Shown here piece after piece: positions 1 to 14,600 of a DNA stretch of 64,000 nt. A program made the translations under genes and the position numbers. The stretch lies in assembly GCF_964204645.1 (NCBI RefSeq), contig NC_134030.1:16058110-16122109 (forward strand), given 5' to 3'. The stretch's first letter is position 1. Each line of letters starts with the position of its first letter. A model generated the notes under the pieces. That model ran no database searches. It was not told the DNA's origin and was given only the letters and a program-made list of their open reading frames with translations. Source of the stretch: Tubulanus polymorphus. Taxonomy: Eukaryota; Animalia; Nemertea.

Positions 1-627
1 CCAGATTTTGTTACCAAAATTCTGTAAAAATTCTGAAAAGTTTGACATGAAATCGACAGTTACAGCGGCTGATGCATTAATTATATGCCATACGGTGCTG
101 CCACCTGGCAAAATTCCTGTGCTAGCACCAACAAATATTTCCATACAGTGCTGCCACCTAACAAAAACAACTGCTATTAACATGAATTTTGATCTGAAAT
201 TTTAAACTTCCAATACATGTAGGCCTAATATTCATTCCTTCAGTAGTTTAATTTAATAGTTATGAACAGTGCCATATTCTAGCTTTGAGAAATTACAGAT
301 TATTAGAATAAAACTATGTTATAAGTTCTTTCAATAATCTAGTAATCAATTATTCAATTTCAATTACATATCATTATGAACTGACCCAACTCTAATGATT
401 TCATTCTTAGTGTTTAATTTTTACAAATATTGTTGACAATATTATAATTGATTTGATATACAGTTTAAGTCAAGTAACCAAATAACATTGACTCTCATAT
501 AGAATTAGTTTTCAATGTTCATGGAATGCACCATAACTAACCGGGTATTGTTTTCAAGATAGGCACTTGCGGTGGTGAGAGCTAGACTTGCTGTGGATCG
601 TTTCCGCCATCCACAGCATTTCTGAAA

Positions 628-1621
628 GCAACTTGCTGTGGATAAAAAATTCTGAAATTCGAATCCTGTACCCTTACTCAAATCAGAGCGTACTTTCAAA
701 GTCCTCAATTTACAAATGCAGTCATACCTCGATTTAACACCACCCTTGTGAATTCCTGATTTTGGCGGTAAATAGAGTGTGGCGGTTAATCGGGGTTTAG
801 GTCGAGTGACTCAGATACCTAGTTTATACCTACTATCTGCTCAGATGTATATTGATGTGATGAATTTTAAGAAATATCTTAAAACACATCCTTTCAAAAT
901 CAAAGAATTTTTACATAACAAACATTGGGGCACATCATGAAAATATCGTAGGCTAAAAGTAGGAATGGCATCACATGGGACATTTACGGTACATACTACG
1001 ATATTAATCACTGATCGATTAATAAATAGACATCGCTATCCCGTATGCCGCCTATCGCCGTAAATCATTGTCCGATTCAATCGCAGGGAGAAAATGCTAT
1101 TTTCTGTTGCGATGGATCTTTATTGCAACTTGCTGTGGATAAAAAATTCTGAAATTCGAATCCTGTACCCTTACTCAAATCAGAGCGTACTTTCAAAGTC
1201 CTCAATTTACAAATGCAGTCATACCTCGATTTAACACCACCCTTGTGAATTCCTGATTTTGGCGGTAAATAGAGTGTGGCGGTTAATCGGGGTTTAGGTC
1301 GAGTGACTCAGATACCTAGTATATACCTACTATCTGCTCAGATGTATATTGATGTGATGAATTTTAAGAAATATCTTAAAACACATCCTTTCAAAATCAA
1401 AGAATTTTTACTTAACAAACATTGGGGCACATCATGAAAATATCGTAGGCTAAAAGTAGGAATGGCATCACATGGGACATTTACGGTACATACTACGATA
1501 TTAATCACTGATCGATTAATAAATAGACATCGCTATCCCGTATGCCGCCTATTGCCGTAAATCATTGTCCGATTCAATCGCAGGGAGAAAATGCTATTTT
1601 CTGTTGCGATGGATCTTTATT
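628..1621. repeat. Recent head-to-tail tandem duplication, 2 x 497 bp
   Basis: 628-1124 and 1125-1621 nearly identical (only a few substitutions seen). Confidence 0.95.
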
Positions 1622-2017
1622 CTTCCCTTTTTTCTTTTGCCATTAATGCAATTCGTTCCGTCAGTGCAATATAATGAAATAATTTTAATTACCGTACCTT
1701 ACTAGAGGGACAGACTTGCAACACAGTGATGTCATTTGATCGATGAACGAGGTCAGCGGTATGGTTTTATGTTGGCATATCATAATATAATTAAGGATTG
1801 ACTTACTCAACTTTCACAATGGCGGTAAATCGGGAAATTTTGTAAAACATTTGTATAGGATTGTACTAGGAGGTAACGTTGACAGTGGCGGTATGCGAGG
1901 GGTGGTAAGTCGGGTTTTTTCCTGTACATTTTAGATATGAATGTTCTGTTTCCCATTAAATCCAGGCTGTAGGTGAGGTTGGCGGTGAATCGGGGGCGTT
2001 AAAACGAGGTATAACTG
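1216..2017. mobile_element. Tc1/mariner-pogo-type MITE
   Basis: TIRs CAGTCATACCTCGATTTAACACCACC / GGGGGCGTTAAAACGAGGTATAACTG followed by TA; left end duplicated at 719. Confidence 0.75.
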
Positions 2018-2019
2018 TA

Positions 2020-2250
2020 ATAGTAATTCAATTTCTATAGCACCCATTTTACTGTGATACAATGTTGAAAGGCACTTTCCATTAAATCGGTATCATTACC
2101 CCCATCTTATTTCTCTTCTATTCATCAGTCATCTTTCCCTGAGAAGTAACATCCGAGCAGTGAAAAGGCACACAGGAGTCATCTATCAGGCTAGGACCGA
2201 TTTACTCGGGTAACACACGGTAAGGATGTACTGTGGTCAAGTGTGTTGCT
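2020..2250 (-). mobile_element. Degenerate SINE-like fragment
   Basis: Reverse strand resembles a SINE body and 3' tail (…gtgctatagaaattgaattactatta); recalled similarity only. Confidence 0.35.
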
Positions 2251-2533
2251 ATCATATATCCGAAAACTCATAAAATATATTGATATCCATGGTAAAATAA
2301 GAATTCTACATAGTTTTGGTCCTAAAAGTAGAGGAAACCTCTATTCTGTGTAAAATGGAATGTAACACAACATGATGGTTTTAGCTGATTGAGGTGTTTG
2401 TGATGTCAAGTTGTGGTTTTTGTCGTATAGGGGGTGGACATGGGACGCCCTCAAGATTACTATTGAAAAGTGCCTGATGAAGACTATTACTGTGTCTAAC
2501 TGTACAATAGAGATCAAGGTTTTTTGCACCTAC

Positions 2534-2661
2534 CTCACCAGTGCCCTGAGCTGCTTTCAATTTTTCTTCAAAAGATTTTTTCATATCCTCAACTTGTTTA
2601 TCATTTTCTTTCAATTGCGCCTCATATTCCTCGGCTAATTCTTTCTTTAACTGTATTAATT
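2534..2661 (-). CDS. KIF28: Kinesin exon 11 (coiled coil [21 protein letters not shown]...)
   Basis: ttgtag| acceptor in the correct phase; donor either GTAGGT (exon end 2534) or GTGAGG (exon end 2539). Confidence 0.8.
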
Positions 2662-5600
2662 CTACAATGAAATGAAACAATAGTCCAATCCGTCTATCAT
2701 TCCCAGAAAATTAGTTTGTTATACTCACATAGGCTATATCTGATATGAACTGATGAAAGCGTTATATAAAAAGTAGATTAATTACCAATCCAAGCCCCCA
2801 TACTGATCTATTACATGCTGATGTATATTAATCATTAGACAGATAATGATCATTAGATTTGTTACAAGTTGGTAACCAGCAAAAAGCAAGAGGTCTACTG
2901 ATCATGAACCTTTGGAGGCTAGTGAACTATGGATAAATGTTCGTAAGCTACTTTATGCATAATTTTAATTTAACAGATGAATAAAGTTACTTCATCTGAA
3001 TAAATCTTGATTCCAATATTACATTATATTAGGTTTTAATCTACACGTATTAAGCCCAAGCCAGAGAACTTTTATCCTTGATTTTCCATACGAGCTCCCA
3101 GTTTTTGAATAAAACACATTAAAGCAGTTCATTCCATATTAAATGATTATTAGCTGATCTACTCAGACATTTTAATCAAAGTAAAATCTCAGTAAATGCA
3201 GAAATTTGTATAGAGCAGTGGCAATTCCTTACAGATCAAGCTAGTTAACAATTAGCTCAATAAGTTAATACAATGTATGTCAGTCTTTTCACGGTAGCCA
3301 CTTCTGCTGGTGGTGAAAAAATCAGGAATTACACTATCTCTATACCTAAGTGAACACTTAACACAGAGAGGTGTTCACTGAATAGAGGCTGCACATATTT
3401 GCATCATGCCACCTACCAGCAGTTTGAGTAACTAACCCCAAATATGAAGCATTAATCCAAAACCAAGTAAAACACAATTTTTTAAGTAATATGTGCTATG
3501 ATTTGTAGTAGGCCTATTTAGGTAAATCCTTTAGTCTTATATTATAGTCAATATATTAGTCAATATTTAGTCAATACTTTGCTAAATCAATATGATCGAA
3601 GGACTTTTAATTCGTAAATTTACTAAATCTCAGATAAAAGTATTCATTATAACGATAAAAACTGTCCATTCGTCATTGTAGTCACCAATTAACCTAAGGA
3701 CTATTCAAGACTTATATATAACCATTGAATGAACATGAGTTATGTACATATGGTATATGATGAACACTTGTACTGATAACAATGAGTCTACTAGCAAATC
3801 TTTATCAACTAGACATTCTGGGATAGAACCACTGTTCACTATACAGAGGTACAAGCCATAGTCAACAACAGTTCTTAGGCTAATGTGTTAGTTCCCATAG
3901 CATTTAGGATATGTAATACCTAGGGCTGATAGCTAAATTTGTCAAGACAACTTTTTTGAATTATTATCATTTCGACCCTGTTCCTTAAATGAGGTCATCT
4001 TCAAGGTCATATCACTGAAAACCTGAGTTTTTAGAGCCTAGTTCTTCCACAAGGTCACTTTGGTCACAGTGAAAAAAGTGTTCACTATAGCAAGGCTGCA
4101 AATAATTTTTCAGAGTGCCTGCTATGTGACAGGCACCATGACTTTGGTGCCGGGCAATAACATTTCAGTGCCTGTCAATTAGGGGAAGCTTTAAAGCTTG
4201 GAATAATGTAACATCAAATGCTTAGTTCTAAGAAACAAATTGTTGAAGTCACATAATATAATATATGAATTCATTATTGTAACAAACTCAAAATTTAATT
4301 AAGACTTTGAAAACAGAAGACTGAGCCAATAACTTGCATGAAAGGCCATTAAACTGTTAAATCCATTTTTTTACCCATTTTCAGTAGAATTCTCTTCTTT
4401 CTTTACTACAGATCGTCATTTTAATGAATCACATGATCCAATTGTATCAAATTCAATTCTTCGTGTCATTTACTTCAGTTGGAATATTAGTCCAAACTGC
4501 GAGTACATGATGCAGCAGCGTTCAGTGTAATAGTACTTCTACTGTATGGCTCGTACAAGCAGTTCAGGGATTTTTCGGCATCAGTGGTTGTAACCGACAG
4601 ATCGATGAGTACTCCGGACATCCCATGAAATTTCATGGGCCATTGACCGTGACTGACTGCTTATTTACAGCCTTGCTATAGAGAGGTGCTCATTTAATGA
4701 AGGTTCTGTTTAATGGGGTACCGGCAACGCTACTGTGGCAAGCAGAATTCCGCCATAATCCACCAGGTTCGCTAGTGTACAATACGACGTCAACGTTGGA
4801 TTTCTTCTCAAACTCAATTAAAATCTAACAATAATTTCTCAAATTCTATGCATGATATATGAAAATCATGGCATGTACATGAAGTCGACAGACCAATCAG
4901 AGTTTATTTCGATGTCTGATTTTTCCCAATCCTTGGATTGAAAGCCCGAAAATTGAGATCAAAGTTACTTGAAACTGAACTCAATTTGATCGAAAGCGTC
5001 TGATATCTCAGTGGCGCCATCTGACGGGATAGCTGGTGTGCCGGTTCCCCCTTGAAAATAAGTAGGGAAAATTTTGTTCCAGGGAGGTGTTCACTAAATA
5101 GTGGTGTTCACTAAGGGAGGTTTTACTGTACTTTTCATAATGACGCAGTCTGTGAGCACTGAATGTGGGAAGTAACAATCGGGGTTTTGACCTCCCCTAG
5201 AAAATTTCTTCATTCAATGCCCCATCTAAGATATCAAAATAGCTGTTACTCGCACTAAAGTTTGTGAATAGTCACCTATATTTTTATACCGGTCACTTAC
5301 ACTGCTGACATATAAAGCCACGCTCACACGCACACGACTTGGTCTGGGCCAAATTGGCGTGAATCAAGCCAGAGTTGAGTTCAACAACATCAACAGCAAA
5401 CAAAGGCTATTACAAAAAAAGCTTATCAAAGCAACACCACGCACCCAGAGCTGCCAACCTAGATTTTACCTTTTATTGAACACATGTCCAAGTTTATCAG
5501 TATTTTCAAACATTTTCCAGTAGTCCCCAATTTTCAAACCAGAAGATGTTTTAAGTCAGTATTGAGGTCTTAAAAATCTGTATTAGGGTAAATTACATCA

Positions 5601-8600
5601 AACAAAATTTAGTTTCCCGACTTCTGACACTGAACTAGTGCACCATCTTCATCTTAGTACAAATGGCACACTTGTACAGTCATATTGAGAGTATAATTTG
5701 AGTTGAGAAGTATGATTCTGAGAGATTTGAGTGAAAGAATGATGCAATTCGCCATGAAAATGATTAAGTTCAGTGCTTCATCTAGCATTAAACAAGAAAA
5801 TTAATTTTAGAAATTTATTTGACGCCTGCGAAAAAAATGTAGAATTTCTGGGCTAAGCTAATGTGGAATTGCAAATTTGAAATCGAAGTTTTAAGAAATT
5901 TGGGGAATGATGAGATTTGGCGATTGGGTAGATGATACAGGTCTTCGACTCTAGTAGTGGTTTAAATTTTTTTATTGAAAATTCTCAATAATTGATCGCG
6001 AACTTGCGACCGACTTCATTTACTTATGCCTCTAAGCTGGTCTGCAACTTCATTGCCTCCATGGATGAAGAAAGAGCTCTTCTAATGTCTGCTTAATCAT
6101 GACTTCGAGCATATCGTGTGGCCTAGCCAGCCGGCCCGGTCCCCGGGCCACGGGTTTGGCTGTCACTCGATATCCTAGAGTCTTGAGTCTGGGTGGGTTG
6201 AAGTAGACATTGTCATTTAAAATAACATGCTTATGTTGTTCTGTATGAATTACCCGTGTGTCATGTATGTTGTATTAATTTATTTTAAAATTTGTATTTA
6301 TTGAATTTGGGAATTTTATCCCAGAATTTCAATGTAATAAGGATCAATAAAGAATTGAATTGAATTGTCACCTAATACACATGCCATCAGAGGACACGGA
6401 GCCGTATATGACAGCTATGCTATTATAAATTGCTAATCTCACGAAACTTGCATACTCCTAATATCAAACATATTTTCTAAAACGTTTGAATATTGAAATT
6501 ATATGTTTACACATTTTCATATTGACCGCTTGTAGCCGCTGATGAAATTCACGCCGGCCCTACACACATCGTAGATAGCTTCGTCATTCCACCGGCATGC
6601 CCACGTCAGGGTCTGACTTTTATATCAGACTTCCGCATCGTGTATACATCCGCCATTTAACCGAATAATCCGATTATGATTGGCAGTAGTTTGGAAGTCA
6701 GCCAATTTCCTGGAAACTTTAACTAGGCCACGCGTCTGAGGCACATTTTCACACGATGCACACTGACTGCAGTACATTTAAATATAACCACTGATCACAT
6801 GAGCTACTATCGTTGATATCATACGAAATATTTTTTTTATAGCCGTCGCAGGATACTTACTAACATTCGATGCGAAGGCTTATTTTGAAAGCCCTGACTC
6901 ATTACTCGTGACTGACAAGGGCAGGAGGGCAGACCTACGGCAAGTGATGAGGGCATAAGGGCGGGCATGGGACACATCTGAAGGGCAAAAGGGCAGCTAT
7001 TTTAGGGGGCGGGGCGGACCGCCCCTCTATTTTTGGCTAGATGAAGCACTGAAGTTTTTCCATAAGTTATCAAATTTTTTTCAGTATTCACAGGTGAATA
7101 AAATTCAGTGACAATTTTTCTAAAACCCGAACGCCGTATTTTCACACGTAATTACGGAACAGTTATGGAAAAATCAACGTATCAATACGTATCAATATAT
7201 CGAACCAGCAAACCCAGCTATCAAACAAACTAACCAAATCCAGCATTTAGTCAATCCAAGTAGCCCTCCCCAACTACCACATAATGCAACTAGGCCAATC
7301 CAGTTACCATTTAACCTTAGTAGCGCTCCTCATGCTATATCCAGGTAACCTTACCTTCTTCAGTCATGTTTTTCTGACTATCGTCATCTTCATCATCATC
7401 ATCATCATCATCACCACCAGATGTCAACGGAATTGTGATTTGCCCCGATTCTAGCATCTCTTTCAATCTATCATTTTCTTCTTTTAACTCTCGGATTAAT
7501 TTCTCAGTTGGGTCTTCATTTACGACGGCTTTCGTTTTAATCTGTTTTGCACGATCAGCTGTTGGTAAACAATTTACTTCTAGAGACTGGTACTTATTTG
7601 AAGTTATTTTATCCAATAAAATAAAATTGAATTGGATTTGACAGAATATTGACAGATTTTTGGCAGAATATAATTTGATTGAATTTGCAATTTGAGCACA
7701 CGACTTATAAGCATTTCAAGGTCACCCATAGGATATGAAAATAAGCTATTTTCCTGATCCTTGCGCAATTCTCAAGGATGAATTTTTTGTAGTGCTGATA
7801 AGATTCTGCTGAATCAAAGAGCCCGGGAATGAAAACAGAGGCGTTTGACAAACGAGGAAACATTAGAATTAACAACATAGCTGCAAAGCAGCGATAACGG
7901 GTCTTCTACACAGCCTTGTTCGCGTCGAACACGAATGCATGTATGTTGACGCGGCTCCACCAGGCTATGAAAGTGAAGGGAATTTAGAATTCTGCTCAAC
8001 GGTCAACACGGTTTTATAAAATGAAGGTCTACAAACAGTCAATTGGGCTTACATGTAACCACCATGGATGATTGGACCAGATGGTTATTTGACTCTGGAA
8101 AATCGATTGTTAGGCCTTATTTAGTCTTTATGGATTTCGAAAAGCATTTGATAAGGTACATCAGCGATTACGAAACAAGCCTCTGGGAAATGGTATCAAT
8201 GATGGGTCACTGAAATGGCTCAGCAGTTTTATCCAATTGAAAACAGGGGGCCGAAATCAACAGAACTGTCTATTCTTGGAAATAAGTAGATCTAACTAGT
8301 GGAGTCACTCAAGTTAGTATCCTAAGTCGTCTTCTCTTCACAGTCCTGATAAATGATTTACAGAGTAATCCGAAATGTACAGGACCGAGTAAATTTCCAA
8401 AGCGACCTAAACAAGTTTATCCCACACATGGTCAGAGACATGGAAGCTAACCTTCAACCTAAAAAGGTACAATATGGATATTGGATACAGGGTCATATTA
8501 TACCTTTGTGTTCGAGAGAGAAGATTACTTTGATCGAATGAAGATTACTCATTACAACGAAAAGACTATTTAGTTCTACGTTCCACGAACATCATTTTCT

Positions 8601-11600
8601 TTGGAATGAAAAACTAATCGATTGTACAATATAATACTTGTTTGAACAAAAAACTTTATGTTCCGACAAGAAAATTTAGTTTGAATGAAAACAATTCTGT
8701 GCGATCGAACAATATACTTTTTGTTCATACGAAAAACTTTTTGTCCCCACAAAAAATTTGTCAGACAAAAAATTTGTTGGGAATATTGAGAAAACTATTT
8801 TGTTCGAGCGACTTTTTCAACCAAAGTTTTGTTCGATCGAAAAAAATATTTTTGGTTCGAACGAAAAGATGTATGTCCTAAAAAGAACATTTGTTTCGAA
8901 TAATAACAATTCTGTTCAATCAAATATTATATGCCTACTTTTTTATCGAGCAGAAAACCTTTTGTTCTGATATAAAAAATTTGTTCCAATAAAATGCTAT
9001 GTTGTTGTTCGAACGAAAAACTTTTTGTCCCAATATAAAAAATTGTTGAGTGAAAACAATTCGAATGAAAACAATTCTGTTCGATGGAACAACATCAACG
9101 ATGTTCGATCGAACAAAATCAATTTTGTCCACCGAAAAAAAAAAATTATCAATTCGAACGAAAAAGTTCTGGCACAAAAATTTATTCGAACAAAAAGATA
9201 TTCAAATGAAAAAGAGATCTTATCATCCGGGGCTTTGTAGTAAAGTCATCAGGAATCAATAAAATACAAGTTTCATTAATGCTGAAAACTTCAACTGAAA
9301 AAACTCTGGTTGATAAAGCTTGCTCAGACGAATGCTAACAGCTTTTCAAAAGAAATCTTCATTTTAGCCTATGTTGGCCTACGTACGCGGGTAGGCCTAG
9401 CATCCGGACAGAGGAGGCTTAGGCCTATAGCGCTTTAACCCTCCTAAACATCGTATTCCTACACCTTTATTTAATAGGGTTAGGTCTCATGGTGTATTAG
9501 ATTTGTAAAATCAATTTCATTTTCAGATGAAGATACATATCTTTCGTACTAAGTGTCTAAGCTGTCCTGATTTTCTATTGTAAATTTTGTTTGAAGTTCA
9601 ATCCATGTGTCCGTTGATGAACACAACAATTATATTGTGTTCGTTTGAAACAGTAAAGCACGTAGGCCCAAAGGTCGCGTAGGACCTCAATAAACACTTC
9701 AAGCGGCCTAGAATCGATCTTCTATCACCCGCGGTATTGGAAACACTGAATCCGAATATCAAGCGTGAGTTCAGCTTACGGACAAGAAAAGAATGTGTTA
9801 TATACAGATACTCTGTGGATTTGGTAAAATCGACAAATAGAATATTGATATATGGTTAAAGTCCGCGGCCGAATCACTGGTAGTAATAAATTCATTTATT
9901 TTGATACCTCGTCAACACTACAGCTTTTCTCCACTGCATCTGTTCGGCGTGTTTAGTTTAGGCCGACTGCTCACCGGTACTTAAATGATTCATCATAATA
10001 AATATCCGGCAAATTTGGTAAAAGGATATTAGATTGTTTGACTATCTGTATGAAGCCCACGGCCAGATCACTGGGAGTAATAAATTTATTCGTACTTGAT
10101 TTGATTCTCATGGCGAGGAAAACTCGCAGCGGATCAGTGGAATGACGAGGTAAAGACACACGTTGATTATCGATCTTTACAGCTCAATAGTGCTTATGAT
10201 ATTTATAATATTCAGAGTCGTAAATATCATGTGGATCAAGTATACTGATGAAGAAAATGGGTAATTTTTAAAATTACTGTCTGAAGACCGCGACTGAATG
10301 TGAAGGCTTGCGGCAATAAATTTGTTTATTTACACTTGAATTGATAATCGAAGTGAGGACCAGCCTGCAGATGATTTCGGGATGACGACTCTAAAAAACA
10401 TGTCGCCTCATTGATTGGGGCTCAATTTTCGATGTTTACGGCCTGACAGTACTTTTGTAACGTTGATTCATCAAAATTGCAGTATCTGTAGATCGAGGTG
10501 AGTTAAATGAAATAAAATGGATTCTATCGGAAACCGCGCTAAGGTAAGATAGCCTTTGCAGTTTTGACGTCAATTGTCGAAAAAAAATAATAAACACGCC
10601 AATATCAATAGGGTTTTCTGTGATGTAACAGAAAACCCTAATCATGCAAATATCAATAGGGTTTTCTGTGATGTAACAGAAAACCCTACTTATTAGGCTA
10701 ACTAGTGATGGCCGAACCAGCAGCAATAAGCACCGAAGATGCGAAGCCCCTAAGGGGGATATGGGGGATCTACCCCAAGAACATTTTGAAATTTTAAGGA
10801 GAATTTGGCGCATCTGTGGCCGATTTTCCAATGACAAAATAACACTGCTGCCACGCAGTTGGTCAATTGTTGTATTTGTCTTGAGTAAATGAAAAGGATG
10901 GCTCCGACAATATCCAAATCACTAGAACATGTTCATACTTAAATGCAATTGTCAATAAATAGTTGAGTCCCAAGAGGAGCCCCTATCTATAATCTTCTTA
11001 TCTACCACTCAATACAAGCACACTGTACCTGAATCAAAACAATGACTACTTTTATTGAGCACGTATGCTATGCTTTGTTGAATGAAATGAAGCGCACCAC
11101 TGCAGATTCTAAATATAGATTTCCCGCGCAGCGCTTTAACATGGTTATATATTATTGATCTGTAAAGTGGGTTTGAACAACAGCGATGTTTCGCAATGCT
11201 GTTGTAAAAAAAATTTCAGCGATCTAACTCTACTTTTCCCCAAGACCCTAACCCCTTCCCGCCATCATTTTCTCAACAGATCAACATCAATCTCAAGAAT
11301 GATAAAAATGGACCTCCAACTGCGGAAATCCGCGTTTCCACAAAAAAATTTTATCCCTGAGAACCTATCCAGGGCTGATCTAGAGGTTTGTTTCTGGGGG
11401 TCAGACCCCTGCATCCCTATAGTGGTTGCCCCTTCTGTATCGGCAGTGATCGTTTAAACCTGAATATTTTACAATTAGAAACAGACCCTCTAAGAAATTT
11501 CATCAATGAACAAAGGAACATCCACGGACATCATGCCAGAGGCGAATCCAGTTTACCATCCGTGCCTCCTGGGAGGTTACAAAATTTGCCCTTCAAAAAT

Positions 11601-14600
11601 CAAAGCAGATTTTTCAAAAAGGCTTATGGGAAAATTATGTTGTCAATATACAATCTAAGGCAGCCCGTCAAAATTAAAGCGATTTGCTTTTTTGATGAAA
11701 TATATCTGAAATATTGAAGATCCCTTCCCAAAGTACACTGATCACGAATGTGGCAAACCATTAGAAACTACAGGTCTAAATAAATTGCCCATGTGCAAAG
11801 TGGTTTACCTTGAAAACTTGAGCTTGATTGGCAAGGGCATTGCTAATGAATTTTTTAAATTCTTGAGTTCCAAGTTCCATTTCATATTATTTTGTAGTAA
11901 AATCAGGCCAATAACATACATTTGTTTATGGTCCATGTCCAAAATTTGGAAGGGGACAGGCAGGTAGGGAAACTATATCTTATATTTTGGAAAAATATTT
12001 TTCACAATAAGAAAAATATGAAGATAAAATTCATATGAGATCACCAAGCAGAGGGTGGCTGATGTCTTAACAACCTCTTCCAATGTAGGGCCACGGAAGC
12101 TAACATTCCGGTAACAAAACCGTAAAAAAACAGTGTATGTAAATGGATTGATTTAAACCCTGGATTTTACCACTTAAAGGGCAAATGCCATCAAAATTGT
12201 ACTAACCGCGATTTCTTAACCAGAAGAAACTTAAGTACACATATAGCGACCTGAGATGTGACTTATTGAAAAAAAGAGCACAAATTAGCCGTAATAGTTA
12301 GCGGAATAGCTTTCTATTTATCCTTCACTCCGTGCGTATAGTTCATATTCAACCCGCGGGTGGCGCTATTTATGATGTTAACTATGACAATCAACACGAG
12401 CACAAGTGCCCGCTAGTACGCGTAGCCTATGTATAATCGATAAAAACATCATTTGTTCACCGTATTCACTGACCTACAGTGCTACTCACTTATATACGAT
12501 TATCATGGCATATACAAAGGTAGCAACACTTACAATGGCCAGAGTTTATTTATTGTTTAGTTATTGTTTATTTATTTATTTGTTTATTAATGATAAATTA
12601 TAATTACTTTATTAAAGAAAAGACTGTTTGTTTGAACACCACTTGAAACAATGCATTTATACACAGGCTAGCAAGCGTTATGGTATCACCATATAAAAGT
12701 GTTTACTGTGCGAGCATGTGTGTGTGTTGCAGTCTAACAGTCTATTGATAAGTGCTCCTGCATATGTGAAGGCATACCACAGAAGTGTAAGTGAAACCCC
12801 TATACAAATGAACAATAAGTGAACGTAAGGACTTCGCCGGTAGGACTTCGCCACAAAAGGCTAAAAATATCCGTAAACCCTTAAGTATCAGGCAACAATT
12901 ACTAGAAGACTAATAGCAATGAATCATTTTACAAAATCACAAATAAAGAACTCATATAGAAATTCCAAATTATATTTTTTGGAAAGCTATGGGGCTTGTG
13001 TTTAGTGACTTTCAGTAGAAATGTAGCTGCAACTGTTCAATTCTGAAATTCTTGAACATGTTAATGCCAATGCAGCAATATTACCAAGGCGTACGACTTC
13101 GATAATCCAAGGAAAGTGTGGAGAAAAGAGATAGAGAAAATAGAGTGGACAGTGCAGTATTCGAACCTGGGCCAGCAAATTACAAGCGTAGCAAGTTTCC
13201 ATTGAATGAACTCCATGACCCTGATGGATGCAACCATTGTATTGTCACGTGTATTCTTCGTTGAATATGCGTAGTTTGCAATAGATGTAGACTGGTGCAG
13301 ACAGTTAGGTTTATTATCATTATGGTAGTGTTGTTTCTTTATTAACTTGTCTTATCTTATAAAGCTTTGTACTTTACGGAATTAACAAAGATTGATTGAA
13401 TTGACAAAGTACCACCCTTCATTATTGTTACAAAACCAAACGTTCTGCACTGACTACATATTAATAAAATAGGACGTCTAAAGATTTTTAGAAATGGCCA
13501 GAATTTTAACGTAGGATCTCTCTTATTTTATCCTAGAATTGTGACTGCTATAATCAGTTTGTAAACGGCCATTAAGGCTTCATGTTTGTCTGCAATTCAC
13601 TGCAAATAGTTACCGGTATGTAACTACGCAGAGTTATGTTTTTGACTGCTATACACTCATCGGGACAGTTCCTCACTAGCTTCACTGTGGCGATATTATT
13701 TATCAACATCGGCATATCCTATCAACTAGTTATATTGTGCCTTGAAACTCTAAGAGCTGAAATAATTGAAATTCATACACATTTTCTACATTGCCAAAAT
13801 ACTGAGTGTGGCCATGTTTGTTTCTGCTGCTTCGCGTTAATCCCACCAGTGACGAAACCGCGCGGAGTGGGGCCAATACGTCAAGATCGTTCCAGAGTAC
13901 AAAACCAGAGCTCATCAGTTGCACTTTCATGAATTAAGTTCATACGTGGTATTAAATCTAAAGACTGGTCTTAAGTTGATATATCGACTATAGAACTAAA
14001 ATGGTCTTCTACCTAAGTCATGACTACAATTTTAGCCTAATTGCATGGCAAAATAATGACTAGCCACACGCAGTTGATCCATTAATGTAAAATTCTTACC
14101 ATATCTCAATGTTGACAATGACTCATCATAATTAATATCTGCAGGACTAACAGCAGCAATCTACAAATAATAACAGCATAATAATCTAACAACATAAGAA
14201 AATTAAATAGTGCCATACTATTCTCATTCAAACATCATTGTTTGGTTTATAACTCAAACCACAGGCTCACCTTGAACATTTGGTGACTCCAGTAAATTTC
14301 AATTTTTGAAACTAAAATTTGTTTTACCTTGTAGTACTTGCCCTTTCCTATGGTTTTTGCCAATATTCGGAAATTTGGATTGATCACCAATGATTTTCGT
14401 TCATGACCACCAGGAAGTGCACTACACAATGCAAGGCGAAAATCAACTTTTATTTGCCACTGCAGTTACGCAGTCTGATCTAAAACTACGGACTCCATAA
14501 GTCATAACAACAGGTCTGAAGCCTATGAGCCCAGCAGAGTTAAAGATCCTAGAGAAATATCACCCTTGAGATGAACAAGGAATGGAATAAACAACTGCTC

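Noticed and set aside
8642-9262. Cluster of overlapping 70-80 aa ORFs
   Set aside because: Artefacts of the low-complexity TCGA motif array
13150-13225. tRNA gene on minus strand (GGTTCGAATAC B-box)
   Set aside because: No convincing cloverleaf or A-box; at best a decayed SINE head
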